Below, piece after piece: positions 1 through 10,131 of a stretch of 64,000 bases of DNA (the first letter of the stretch is position 1; every line of letters starts with the position of its first letter). Source of the stretch: Armatimonadota bacterium (GTDB lineage Bacteria; Armatimonadota; HRBIN16); the NCBI GenBank assembly GCA_963677485.1, contig OY781964.1, positions 160,001-224,000 on the forward strand, written 5' to 3'. The notes under the pieces are model-generated. The model saw only the letters and a list, made by a program, of their open reading frames with translations, made no database searches and was not told the origin of the DNA. The position numbers and the translations under genes were made by a program.

Positions 1-651
1 GCGAATCTTGGCCCAGACCGTGTCCGCATCGTCCGACAAGTAGATCGCATTATCGTAAGATTTGCTCATCTTGCGGCCGTCAAGCCCCGGCAGCTTTTTC
101 ACGCGCTGCACTATCGCCACAGGCTCAGGGAACAGTTCACCATAGGTATGGTTCCAACGGCGGCCTATCTCACGAGTTAGCTCCAGGTGGGGTAATTGGT
201 CTTCGCCAACCGGAACCGCATCGGCTCGGTACATCAAGATGTCAGACGCCATCAGCACCGGATAACCAAGCAGACCATAGCTGACACTGTCTTCGAGGCC
301 CAGGTTCTCTCTCTTTTCCTTGAAAGAGGGTACACGCTCCAGCCAGCCCAGGCTCGTGATCATACTCAGCATCAGGTGCAGCTCAGCATGTTCGGGCACG
401 TCGCTTTGGACGAAGACGGTCGAACGCACAGGGTCTATCCCAGCAGCGATGAAATCCGCCGCGACCTGCCGTGTGTTCGGAATGATCTGATCGGTCCGAT
501 CCTGCATCGTGGTGAGGCAATGCCAGTTGGCGATGAAAAAATAGGATTCATAGTCATTTTGTAGTTGAACCCAGTTCTTCAGTACCTCGTAGTTACCAAG
601 GTGCAGGATTCCCGTCGGCTGCATCCCGCTAAGCAGTCTTTTCTGTGCCAT
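1..651 (-). CDS. trpS: Tryptophanyl-tRNA synthetase (runs off the window start; 3' part missing)
   Basis: Minus strand reads MAQKRLLSGMQPTGILHLGNY (HIGH-type motif); KMSKS is encoded near positions 58-73. Not in the ORF track because it is truncated. Confidence 0.95.
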   Translation of the reverse strand, partial: MAQKRLLSGMQPTGILHLGNYEVLKNWVQLQNDYESYFFIANWHCLTTMQDRTDQIIPNTRQVAADFIAAGIDPVRSTVFVQSDVPEHAELHLMLSMITSLGWLERVPSFKEKRENLGLEDSVSYGLLGYPVLMASDILMYRADAVPVGEDQLPHLELTREIGRRWNHTYGELFPEPVAIVQRVKKLPGLDGRKMSKSYDNAIYLSDDADTVWAKIR

Positions 652-799
652 TACGTCTATCATCTCCCATACACAATTGAATGCCCATAAAAGAGCACCT
701 CTATATTATGCCATCTTACAAATTACTGTAGTGGGAGCATCTCCGCGCCGCATCTCACGGACTAAATTCACAATTGATAATGAGGCTAAAATCTGCATA

Positions 800-828
800 T
801 TGACATGACCCAACTCGTGCGTTAGACT
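800..828 (+). promoter_or_regulatory. Sigma70-type promoter for the GH36 gene
   Basis: TTGACA (800-805), 17-nt spacer, TAGACT (823-828). Confidence 0.7.
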
Positions 829-907
829 GTCACAAGCACAACCGATTCACGCAATCAAAACGGATATGGGACGCGTTCTGAGCGCCCACTCCATACAGAG
901 GGATAAT

Positions 908-3388
908 ATGACATTCATTCAGATATTCGTGCTGTTAGTGGTTTCTGCATTCGTGACATCATCTTGCCGGTGCGCCGCAGATGAGCGTCCAGTGACGAAA
1001 GACTGGATGCAGAAAGCCTTTCTAGCACAGCCAACCACGGCGCCGAAGCATCCGGGACTTGAACTCCTCCGCCAGGACTATGACAAACTGGGTTTCGGCA
1101 CCACTTGCGTGGCGGCACCAATAGTGTTGGGCAAAAAAAGCTACAAGCACGGATTAGGAACTCACGCTAACAGCGAAATTGTGGTGAGATTGCCCAAGCC
1201 AGGCACGGAATTCCAGGCTGAAGTCGGAGTAGATAATGGATGGCCGGGCAGTGTGTGCTTTGCTGTCGATGTAAATGGCAAAGAGATATTCAAGTCGGAT
1301 GTCTTAGAGGCTGATGGTGCTCCAGTACCGGTTCGATGCGATCTGCACGGTGTGAGCGAATTCACGATTCGCGTGACCGATGGCGGCGATGGCCCCAGCA
1401 GCGACCATGCAAGCTGGGCGGATGCTCGAGTGACGCTAGCCGACGGAAAGCAGATTTGGCTCGACGAATTGCCGCGTCAAGTTCCCTATATGGGGCTATC
1501 GACCGACATCCCGTTCTCGTTCAACTACGATGGGAAGCCGTCATCCTCATTCCTTTCGTCTTGGACGCGGTCGGAGACGAAATCCAAATCAGCAGACGGT
1601 AAAGAGAGCTGGAGCATCACATATACCGATCCTGACACCGGCTTGGAAGTGATCTGCGATGCCATTCAATACACAGACTACCCGGCGGTCGAATGGGTCA
1701 TGCACTTCCGCAATACGGGCTCGGTGGACACTCCCATCATCGATAGTGTCCGGCCGTTGAATTTGGGCGTCAACACCACGAACAGCTCCCCTGTGGTGCT
1801 CCACCATTCCAAGGGCAGCACCTGCAGCTCTACTGATTTCCTTCCAGTGAATGAAAGCATCGACCTCGGCGCCACGATCAACATCGAGCCAGGCGGTGGA
1901 CGCTCATCCGACAGTGCCCTCCCCTTCTTCAACCTCGAATGGGATGGAGGCGGAGTGGTCGGTGCCATCGGATGGTCAGGGCAATGGGCCATGAGCTTAA
2001 CCCGCGCTCAAGACGGCAAAATGAACCTGCAGGCAGGACAGAAGACAACCCACCTCAGACTGCACCCGGGCGAGAGCATTCGCACGCCGCGCATCTTGCT
2101 GGTGATGTGGCAGGGGAAGGATGCCATGCGTGGTCATAACCTGCTGAGACGGCTGCTATTGGCCCATTACGTACCAAAACAAGACGGGCAGATTGCAGTC
2201 GCCCCCACCACCTGGAACTCGTGGTTCAGCTTCGATGGTGGGAACAGCGTGGATGAGGCGAATCAACTTGACTGGATCAAACGCACGGCCAAAACAGGCA
2301 TGGAGTGCTACTGGCTCGATGCAGGCTGGTTTGAAGGCGGATGGCCAGCCGGTGCCGGAAGCTGGGTTCCTGATTCTAAGCGCTTCCCAAGGGGGCTCAG
2401 ACCATTAGGCGATGCGGCGCATAAAGAGGGCATGAAGTTTGTGCTTTGGCTGGAGCCGGAGCGTGTGAACCCAAACAGCCGGTTAGCCAAAGAACACCCT
2501 AAGTGGGTCATTCAAGATTGGGCCAAGAACAGTCAGCCAGGAGACGGTCTTCTCAACATAGGTGATCCTGTGGTGTACCGGTGGCTTACGGACTATCTGA
2601 CCAAGTGCTTTGCTGATTGGGGTGTCGATATCTACCGCATCGACTTCAATATCGCGCCGCTTGCGTTCTGGCAGTCAGCCGACACGCCGGACCGCCAGGG
2701 GATGACGGAAATCCGATATATCGAGGCACTATACTCGATGTGGGATGAGCTCATGAGAAGGCATCCTGGCTTGACTATCGATAACTGTGCGAGTGGTGGC
2801 AGACGCCTTGATCTGGAGACACTCAGCCGCAGCTATCCCTTGTGGAGAAGCGACATCCCATGCATGGGCAAGCAGCCGGTATGGGACCAGGTTCAGACAG
2901 CGGGTTTGAGTTTGTATGTTCCTCAACACACCACAGGCGTGTGGGCAATGGATCCATACACATATCGAAGCGCAGCCACAATGGGTGTGTCGATTTGCCC
3001 AGATCCCAGAGCGAAAGGCTATTCACTCGATCAGACAAAGCAGGCACTGGCTGAGGTAAAGAGGCTGCGCCTATACTACCTGGGCGACTATTACCCGATT
3101 TTCGACATCGGTTTGAGCGAACAGGGCTGGGCTGGCTGGCAGTTTGATAGGCCTGAGTTAGGCGGAGGGTTTGCCACTGTGCTGCGGCGGCCACAGTGTC
3201 CTTATGTCAGCGCAGATATCAAACTGCGTGGGCTTGAAGATAAGGCAGTTTATAAGGTCTCGTTCTATGAAACCTACAAACTCAAAACAGAACGGCAAAT
3301 GACCGGCATAGAACTGTCGAAGCTGCGCGTCACGATGGACACGGCCCCTGGCAGCCTGCTGATCGAGTATAAGAAGCTGAGCAAGTAA
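908..3388 (+). CDS. Secreted alpha-galactosidase (GH36) with N-terminal NPCBM/NEW2 module
   Basis: Signal peptide; NPCBM-like KHGLGTHANS...DHASWADA; GH36 motifs YWLDAGW, WLEPERV, RIDFN, IDNCASGGRRLD, WRSD. Start moved to ATG 908. Confidence 0.88.
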   Translation: MTFIQIFVLLVVSAFVTSSCRCAADERPVTKDWMQKAFLAQPTTAPKHPGLELLRQDYDKLGFGTTCVAAPIVLGKKSYKHGLGTHANSEIVVRLPKPGTEFQAEVGVDNGWPGSVCFAVDVNGKEIFKSDVLEADGAPVPVRCDLHGVSEFTIRVTDGGDGPSSDHASWADARVTLADGKQIWLDELPRQVPYMGLSTDIPFSFNYDGKPSSSFLSSWTRSETKSKSADGKESWSITYTDPDTGLEVICDAIQYTDYPAVEWVMHFRNTGSVDTPIIDSVRPLNLGVNTTNSSPVVLHHSKGSTCSSTDFLPVNESIDLGATINIEPGGGRSSDSALPFFNLEWDGGGVVGAIGWSGQWAMSLTRAQDGKMNLQAGQKTTHLRLHPGESIRTPRILLVMWQGKDAMRGHNLLRRLLLAHYVPKQDGQIAVAPTTWNSWFSFDGGNSVDEANQLDWIKRTAKTGMECYWLDAGWFEGGWPAGAGSWVPDSKRFPRGLRPLGDAAHKEGMKFVLWLEPERVNPNSRLAKEHPKWVIQDWAKNSQPGDGLLNIGDPVVYRWLTDYLTKCFADWGVDIYRIDFNIAPLAFWQSADTPDRQGMTEIRYIEALYSMWDELMRRHPGLTIDNCASGGRRLDLETLSRSYPLWRSDIPCMGKQPVWDQVQTAGLSLYVPQHTTGVWAMDPYTYRSAATMGVSICPDPRAKGYSLDQTKQALAEVKRLRLYYLGDYYPIFDIGLSEQGWAGWQFDRPELGGGFATVLRRPQCPYVSADIKLRGLEDKAVYKVSFYETYKLKTERQMTGIELSKLRVTMDTAPGSLLIEYKKLSK

Positions 3389-3561
3389 CGGCATCATCCG
3401 TAATTAAGTATCGAAGTATCCCCTGTCTGGGGCAGTCTATCCGCATTCACGCGGTTATAGGTAACTATAAGCCGCCCCGGACATACACAACCATATCGAC
3501 CACAAGGGATTCGTTCTGTGCATCTCGAACTATACAATAGTCACGATCTCAGGAGGAAACC

Positions 3562-5241
3562 ATGCTCGCGTTTCGTCACAGTATCAGTCTTCTGGCACTC
3601 AGCCTGCTTGCTGGCAGCGCCATGGCAAGGGATGTCATGCCCGACACATGGGTCGCCACCGATGGCGCCCAGCGCACTCTGCCCGGATATGCCCAGGCAG
3701 GCCCTGTCAGGTCCAACAAAACCGTCGGTATGTTTTACTTCAACTGGCACACACCCGGCATGCCTGGGCCATTCGACACGTCCAAAATCACCAAGGGTGA
3801 GCAGCAGTGGGGAGGCCCAGGGGCGTTTCACTGGTGGACAGAGCCTGAGATTGGGTATTACCAGACCGCCGATGAATGGGTGATCAAACGGCACTGCCGT
3901 CAACTCACCACGATGGGTGTGGATGTGATCGTGCTGGATGTCACCAACGCATTTGTCTACAAAGAGGCCTACATGGCTCTTTTCAAAGTGTTTACTGAGT
4001 TGCGGGCGAAAGGCGAATCGACCCCTCAAATCGCATTCATCGCCTGGGCAGGATCCGACAGGGTGGCGAAATCGCTATATGACGACCTCTACAGCAAGGG
4101 TCTTTACAAACCGCTCTGGTTCATGTGGAAGGGTAAGCCGTTAATGCTTGCCAACATGGAGAATATGCCAGAAGAGTACAAGCAGTTCTTCACCATGCGA
4201 GAGACCTGGGCATGGAACGGTGGCCAGCGTAAGGACTACTGGACCTGGCTGGATAACTACCCCCAAGGCGTCTGCTGGGATGAGCCTGGCGAAAAAGAGG
4301 AGCTGTCGGTCAGTGTGGGGCACCATGCCACCACCAACAAAGGGCGCAGTTTCCACAACGGCGTACAACCCTCACCAGATAAAGTCACGCCAGAACTGGC
4401 ACCCAACTATGATGAGCAGTGGAAGCGCGCCTTCGAGGTTGACCCCAAGTTCGTGTTCATCACCGGATTCAATGAGTGGATCGCCCAGCGGTTTATCAAC
4501 GATGGTAACACGCAGTTCCTGGGCAAGGCTGTCAAGGGCGAGAGCTTCTTTGTGGACAGCTACGACCGCGAATTCAACCGCGACATCGAGCCCATGAAGG
4601 GCGACTACACCGACAACACCCTCTACCAGACCATCGCCAAGGTGCGGCAATACAAAGGTGTCCGTCCCCTACCCCTTGCAGGTACTCTTAAGAGCATCAA
4701 AGTGGACGGTAAGCCGTCAGAGTGGGCTAACGTTAAGCCGGTCTTCCGCGACTGGATTGACGACACCGCCACCCGCGACAGTGTGGGATGCGGAGGTCTC
4801 AAATATATCAACAAAACTGGCCGCAACGACCTGATGGACTTCCAGGTCAGCCGCGATAACAAAAACATATACTTCCTGGCCCAAACCCGTGCGAATATCA
4901 CAGGCAAAGGCAACGGCAACTGGATGCTGTTGTTCATCGACGCAGACGCCAACTTCAAAACCGGCTGGATGGGTTATGACACCCTTGTCGATACTGGGGT
5001 GGTAAAGAAGTGGGACGGCACTCGGTTCAGTGCCTGCGGTAAAGCGGTTTATGCGGTGAAGGGCAACAGCTTGGAGCTGGCCATCCCGAAAGCCCTGCTC
5101 GGTTTAGGGAACAAGAAGAGCTTCACGCTGGACTTCAAATGGGCTGATAACATCCAAAAGATCGGCAGTGTTGAGGAGTTCTTCAATAACGGTGATGTCG
5201 CTCCCGACCGCCGCTTCAACTACAGATATCAGGTGAATTAA
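3562..5241 (+). CDS. Secreted putative glycoside hydrolase (GH99/GH71-like TIM barrel), paralog 1
   Basis: AGGAGG RBS; signal peptide; GMFYFNWH, HWWTEPEIGYY, H...GVDVIVLD, ITGFNEW motifs. Confidence 0.65.
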   Translation: MLAFRHSISLLALSLLAGSAMARDVMPDTWVATDGAQRTLPGYAQAGPVRSNKTVGMFYFNWHTPGMPGPFDTSKITKGEQQWGGPGAFHWWTEPEIGYYQTADEWVIKRHCRQLTTMGVDVIVLDVTNAFVYKEAYMALFKVFTELRAKGESTPQIAFIAWAGSDRVAKSLYDDLYSKGLYKPLWFMWKGKPLMLANMENMPEEYKQFFTMRETWAWNGGQRKDYWTWLDNYPQGVCWDEPGEKEELSVSVGHHATTNKGRSFHNGVQPSPDKVTPELAPNYDEQWKRAFEVDPKFVFITGFNEWIAQRFINDGNTQFLGKAVKGESFFVDSYDREFNRDIEPMKGDYTDNTLYQTIAKVRQYKGVRPLPLAGTLKSIKVDGKPSEWANVKPVFRDWIDDTATRDSVGCGGLKYINKTGRNDLMDFQVSRDNKNIYFLAQTRANITGKGNGNWMLLFIDADANFKTGWMGYDTLVDTGVVKKWDGTRFSACGKAVYAVKGNSLELAIPKALLGLGNKKSFTLDFKWADNIQKIGSVEEFFNNGDVAPDRRFNYRYQVN

Positions 5242-5243
5242 CC

Positions 5244-6959
5244 ATGAGAAACACCGCAGTAATCTCAGCCATCGCCTGTATGGCCTTCAGCGTAGGCTGC
5301 CTGGCGGCACTACCCGGCACACGTGACCTTTACGCTGACACATGGGTCGCCACAGACGGCATCGGTCGAACACTACCCACGGCTCCCGAGGTGCGGGTAC
5401 CTCAGGAGCACAAGACGGTCGGCATGTTTTACTTCCTCTGGCACAACGAAAACATGCCTGGCCCCTGGGACATTTCGAAAATCAACAAGGGCACTCGAAC
5501 CTGGGGCGGTATGAACGGGTTCCATCACTGGTCGGAACCAGAAGTCGGCTACTATATCTCCACAGACCCTTGGGTCTACCGTCGACATGTGCGCATGTTA
5601 AGCGATATGGGCGTGGATGTGCTCTTCATGGACGCCACCAACGCGGCTACCTATGAAACCCACTACAAGATACTGCTCGGTGTCATGCAGGAGATGCGCA
5701 AAGATGGCGAGAAGGTTCCTCAGATCGCATTCATCACCTGGAGCAGTTCGGGTAATACCACCGACCGCCTGATGAAGGCGTTGTATACACCAGGGCTCTA
5801 CAAGGATTTCTGGTTCATCTACAAAGGTAAGCCGTTGATCCTGGGTAAAGCCGAGGAGATGTCCAAAGAGGCATTGGACTTCTTCACCGTCCGGGCCGCC
5901 TGGGCTTTCGATGGCGGTAAGGCCAAGGATTATTGGACCTGGATTGACCACTACCCCCAAGGTGTGGCGTGGGATCAGCCTGGTGACAAAGAAGAGGTCA
6001 GTGTTTCTGTAGGCGGCCACCCGCATGAGAACCGAGGACGCAGCCTGGAAAGCGAGAAGCAGCCTCCGTATGAGAAGGTAACCCCAGAAAAAGGGCTGAT
6101 GTTCGCACAGATGTGGAAGCATGCACTTGACGTCGATCCTGACGTGATTTTCATCGATGGCTGGAATGAGTGGATCGCCCAACGCTTTGAGAACCAGGGA
6201 TATATGCTCTACGCAGGCCGACCAGCCAAAATCGGCGACCCCTTCTTTGTGGACACCTACGACCGCGAGTTTAACCGTGACATGGAGCCCATGAAAGGCG
6301 ACTACACCGATGCTACCTACTATGAGGGCGTCGCTGCGGTCCGTCAGTACAAAGGTGCCCGTCCCCTGCCCCTGGCAGGAGCACCGATGAGTATCAAGAT
6401 CGACGGGGATATGTCTGACTGGAAATCGGTGCAGCCAGAGTTTCGCGACCACGTGAAGGACACCGCCACGCGCAACAGCCAGGGATGGAACAAACTACAG
6501 TATGTCAACAACACCGGCCGCAACGACATCATGAACGCCAGGGTCTCGCGTGACAGCCAGAACCTTTATTTCATGGCGGAAACTTTCGGGCCGCTCAGCC
6601 CCAATTTCGGTCCAGATTGGATGCTGCTGTATGTCGATGCCGACAACGACCATTCCACTGGCTGGATGGGCTACGACTACATCGTGAACAGCGCGCAACT
6701 GGGCAGAGGTCTGGCTGAGGTCAGCAAGTGGGTCGGTCAAGGCTGGGTCAGATGCGGCCGCGCCAGTATCGCCACCAGCAGCAACTCGCTGGAGCTGTCG
6801 GTGCCGAAGTCGCTGTTGGGTCTAGCGGGTAACAGCAAGTTCACCATCGACTTCAAGTGGGCTGACAACATCCAGGACCGCACCAGCATCGAGAGCTTCT
6901 TCCTGAACGGCGACGTCGCCCCGGATCGCCGCTTCAACTACCGGTATCAAGTGAAATAG
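5244..6959 (+). CDS. Secreted putative glycoside hydrolase (GH99/GH71-like), paralog 2
   Basis: Colinear with the upstream gene (DTWVATDG, WNEWIAQRF, YDREFNRD, GDVAPDRRFNYRYQV). Confidence 0.65.
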   Translation: MRNTAVISAIACMAFSVGCLAALPGTRDLYADTWVATDGIGRTLPTAPEVRVPQEHKTVGMFYFLWHNENMPGPWDISKINKGTRTWGGMNGFHHWSEPEVGYYISTDPWVYRRHVRMLSDMGVDVLFMDATNAATYETHYKILLGVMQEMRKDGEKVPQIAFITWSSSGNTTDRLMKALYTPGLYKDFWFIYKGKPLILGKAEEMSKEALDFFTVRAAWAFDGGKAKDYWTWIDHYPQGVAWDQPGDKEEVSVSVGGHPHENRGRSLESEKQPPYEKVTPEKGLMFAQMWKHALDVDPDVIFIDGWNEWIAQRFENQGYMLYAGRPAKIGDPFFVDTYDREFNRDMEPMKGDYTDATYYEGVAAVRQYKGARPLPLAGAPMSIKIDGDMSDWKSVQPEFRDHVKDTATRNSQGWNKLQYVNNTGRNDIMNARVSRDSQNLYFMAETFGPLSPNFGPDWMLLYVDADNDHSTGWMGYDYIVNSAQLGRGLAEVSKWVGQGWVRCGRASIATSSNSLELSVPKSLLGLAGNSKFTIDFKWADNIQDRTSIESFFLNGDVAPDRRFNYRYQVK

Positions 6960-6981
6960 GCACCATACAAACCGTAAGTAA

Positions 6982-7014
6982 AACAGGGACTGGCCACTGC
7001 GGCTGGTCCCTGTT
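6982..7014 (+). terminator. Stem-loop after the GH pair (terminator-like)
   Basis: aacagggac...gtccctgtt inverted repeat; weak U-tract. Confidence 0.5.
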
Positions 7015-7046
7015 CATGTATGTCAAACTGACTTCAGGAGCAGGTA

Positions 7047-9614
7047 ATGTCCATAACTAGAACACCCGTATACATCGTGCAGCATAACCACTTCGACCCC
7101 ACGTGGCGACGGTGCTGGGACCGCACTTTTGATTACAAGGGAGACCGATATAGATCCTATGCCGATCTGGAGGAGCGGTTCATCAAGGCCTGGATAGAGA
7201 ACGCCCGTTCTGGAGCCACCTTCTCAGAAGGCCAGGCTGTGGTCATCCGCAAGTATCTGGAACGCCACCCAGAGCAGCACGATGAGATGGTCGACTTAGT
7301 GAAGCGAGGTCTGCTGGAGCTGACAGCCGCCGGCGAAACGGTGCCCGACACCAACATGGTCTCAGGGGAAACGCTGCTGCGAAACTTTGTGATGGGGCAG
7401 CGCTATTTCGAGCGAACATTCGGAGTGATCCCCTGCATCGCATGGCTGGAAGATGCGTTTGGTCAGAGTGCCCAAATTCCACAACTGCTGCGCGGTGTGG
7501 GATGTGACTCAGTTCAGGCTCTTTATTACAAGCGCGTGCCCGGCAGCTATTGGAAGGGTTTGGACGGCAGCGTGCTGTTCACCGGCATGGCACCAAACCA
7601 GCCTGGACTCGGTAACAACATTAAACTAAATCCATGCTCAGAATGTCATGGAATGGGCTGTGAAAGCTGTCATGACACTGGGCTTGGTGACCAGAGTGCG
7701 ATGTCCGACCAGCAGATACTCGATGCGCTAATGGCTCCCGAGTTGGCTGACCACCCATTCAATTTGATAGTAATCGGTGGGGAGGAGACGATCCCCAGCC
7801 TCAATCTGCCGCAGCTTGTTGCAGATGCCGCAGCGGCACGAGATGATGTGGAGTTCATCTATGGCGGCTATGACTGCATCACCAAACATATGGCTGCAGA
7901 GTTCGCCAAGATTTACGATGAAAACATCGAGGTCTCTGACCAGATGGAAGCCAACCCGGTCTCCACAGGCTGTTATGTGGACCGGATCAAGCTCAAACAG
8001 CGGGTGCGGAAGGTTGAGAATCTGCTCAACGCCGCCGAACGCTGGGCTACGGTCGCCTCGCTGCTGGGAGCCGAATACCCCACCGAGCTTCTGCTGACAT
8101 CATGGCGCAACATGGTGTTCCTGGCCTTCCATGACGCCATCACCTGCGACCATCTGGATTCCTCATATGAGGAGCTGATGGACATGCTCGATATCGCAGA
8201 AACAGGGGCGTCGACCATTCAAAGCCAGGCCTTGACACATATCGAAAGCTTGATGGCCACCAGTGCAGACCAAAAGCGGCTGGTGCTGTATAACTCCGAA
8301 AGTTGGCCACGAACCGACCTGATCACACTCACCATTCCGAACACCCAGGGGTTACCTGCCCTCATCAAGCCTGATGGCCAGCCAGTTGAGATTCTGGATG
8401 CCTCCGCCAGGGGACGCAACGTGACGGTCAGCTTCCACGCCCCTGAGGTACCCAAAGTTGGATATTGCAGTCTGAGCTTAGTGGAGGACACAGCCCCAAT
8501 CCATAACGGTGAGGTGACCTCTGGCCCTGGCAGCATAGAGAACAAGTTCTACCGGATGGAAGTGAGTGATTTTGGTATCACCTCGCTGATCGACAAACGG
8601 AGTGGCACCGAACAACTCGACACCAGTCGCTATCTGCTGAATGAGTTGATACTTGAGGAAGACATCGGACATCCCTGGGGCACGATGCAGCCGCCCAGCT
8701 TTGAAGAGGGTTTGTCAAAATACACCACCAGGGTTCAGATCCGTCGAACTCCTGGCATGAGCGAAATAGCGATCACCGGCCAGTATAAGGGCGATGACGC
8801 GGGCACATACCGGCTGAGCTGGCGGCAGGTGACACGCCTCTACAAGGGCAGCGAGCGGATCGACTTTCACACAGACGTGAACTGGGATTCCGCACAGCGT
8901 CGGCTACGGATCGCCTTCCCCACCATACTGCACGCAGCTGAGGCCGTCTATTCCATACCCTACGGCGCGATCACACGGGATCCGTATGAGCCCGAGATGA
9001 ATGTAATGTTCAGCACCAACGGCGATTGGCCGACGGTCAACTGGCTCGATATCTACGATGCAACCACCAACCGGGGCGTTGCTCTCATCAACACCGGCAC
9101 GCCCTCTCACAAAGTGATCGACGGGGTGATATACCTGTCTATTCTCAGAAGCCCCATCGATAGCTGGTGCTTGAATGAACCGGAGTTCTACGACTGCCCC
9201 GACTACGACGGTGCTAGAGATGCGGGTCAGCACGAGTTCAGATACAGCCTGATCCCTCATACCGGTGACTACGGAACGGCTGGGATAGAGAAACGGGCCA
9301 GGGAGATGAACACCCCCATCACGGCACACGTCGTGGATAGTAAGGGCACAGGATCACTGCCGGCCCGGAACTCATTCCTGGATTTTCAAGCCTCCGACAA
9401 TGTGATTATCACCGCCATCAAAAAGGCCGACCAGGGCGATGCCATCATCGTACGGTTGGCGGAGACGGCAGGATTGCCCGGTGTCGCTGTGGTATGGGTA
9501 GATGATGTATCTTCGCAAGTATCGCTGGTGAACTACCTGGAACACGGCGATCAGCCGCTATGCGGCCTCATCGACGTTGGACCATTTAAGGTGCTGACAG
9601 TGAAGCTTGAGTAA
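7047..9614 (+). CDS. Alpha-mannosidase-like glycoside hydrolase (GH38)
   Basis: HNHFDPTW zinc motif, WLEDAFG nucleophile motif, FHDAIT, C-terminal IKKAD...IIVRLAE. Confidence 0.88.
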   Translation: MSITRTPVYIVQHNHFDPTWRRCWDRTFDYKGDRYRSYADLEERFIKAWIENARSGATFSEGQAVVIRKYLERHPEQHDEMVDLVKRGLLELTAAGETVPDTNMVSGETLLRNFVMGQRYFERTFGVIPCIAWLEDAFGQSAQIPQLLRGVGCDSVQALYYKRVPGSYWKGLDGSVLFTGMAPNQPGLGNNIKLNPCSECHGMGCESCHDTGLGDQSAMSDQQILDALMAPELADHPFNLIVIGGEETIPSLNLPQLVADAAAARDDVEFIYGGYDCITKHMAAEFAKIYDENIEVSDQMEANPVSTGCYVDRIKLKQRVRKVENLLNAAERWATVASLLGAEYPTELLLTSWRNMVFLAFHDAITCDHLDSSYEELMDMLDIAETGASTIQSQALTHIESLMATSADQKRLVLYNSESWPRTDLITLTIPNTQGLPALIKPDGQPVEILDASARGRNVTVSFHAPEVPKVGYCSLSLVEDTAPIHNGEVTSGPGSIENKFYRMEVSDFGITSLIDKRSGTEQLDTSRYLLNELILEEDIGHPWGTMQPPSFEEGLSKYTTRVQIRRTPGMSEIAITGQYKGDDAGTYRLSWRQVTRLYKGSERIDFHTDVNWDSAQRRLRIAFPTILHAAEAVYSIPYGAITRDPYEPEMNVMFSTNGDWPTVNWLDIYDATTNRGVALINTGTPSHKVIDGVIYLSILRSPIDSWCLNEPEFYDCPDYDGARDAGQHEFRYSLIPHTGDYGTAGIEKRAREMNTPITAHVVDSKGTGSLPARNSFLDFQASDNVIITAIKKADQGDAIIVRLAETAGLPGVAVVWVDDVSSQVSLVNYLEHGDQPLCGLIDVGPFKVLTVKLE

Positions 9615-9692
9615 TATCTGGGCGCGGATGGCATTGGGCGGGGAGACCGCGCCCACATGACGTGCCACACCCGGGGCAGGATTAAACGACAA

Positions 9693-9735
9693 CACATATG
9701 TGACGGCTCACATATTATATCGTATGTGATATAAT
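9693..9735 (+). promoter_or_regulatory. Palindromic operator plus extended -10 upstream of the HTH gene
   Basis: CACATATGTG palindrome (9693-9702); TCACATA-N8-TATGTGA (9708-9729); TG-A-TATAAT (-10 at 9730-9735). Confidence 0.6.
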
Positions 9736-9761
9736 CGATGTGTGCGAAGGAGGAACACCCC

Positions 9762-10034
9762 ATGACCTACAAGGAGTACAAGCAGGCTGTGCTGGCGAAC
9801 GACCCCGAGCTCCGCAAAGAGTATGAGGCACTTGCCCCTCAGTACAAAATGATCAATGCCGTGATTGCCGCCCGTACCCAACAGAATATGACACAGGCTG
9901 AACTTGCAGTTCGGTCCGACACAAAACAAAGTAACATCAGTCGTTTTGAAAGCGGAAACTACAACCCGTCTGTGGAATTCCTTCTCAAGATCGCAAAAGC
10001 ACTGGGCAAACAGCTTGACATAACGCTCAGCTAG
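9762..10034 (+). CDS. XRE-family HTH protein (HigA-like antitoxin type)
   Basis: AGGAGG RBS before ATG 9762; MTQAELA...KQSNISRFESGNYNPSVEFLLKIAKALG. Confidence 0.85.
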   Translation: MTYKEYKQAVLANDPELRKEYEALAPQYKMINAVIAARTQQNMTQAELAVRSDTKQSNISRFESGNYNPSVEFLLKIAKALGKQLDITLS

Positions 10035-10131
10035 CCCCACCACACGCTTGCCTCTGCTGACGGTTCTTCTTTGGAGGCATGTTATTCATGCAAGGCCCGC
10101 GCCCCGGCGCGTCACTCCTCGCCCCTACCGA

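Noticed and set aside
196-564. 122-aa plus-strand ORF
   Set aside because: Antisense to trpS.
5598-6452. 284-aa antisense ORF (and similar at 10048-10596, 10651-11274, 44023-44625, 45849-46406)
   Set aside because: Opposite well-supported genes; explained by codon bias, with no recognisable motifs.
7635-7682. Di-heme cytochrome c motif in GH38
   Set aside because: The protein has no signal peptide and the spacing fits a CxxCxGxG zinc finger better.
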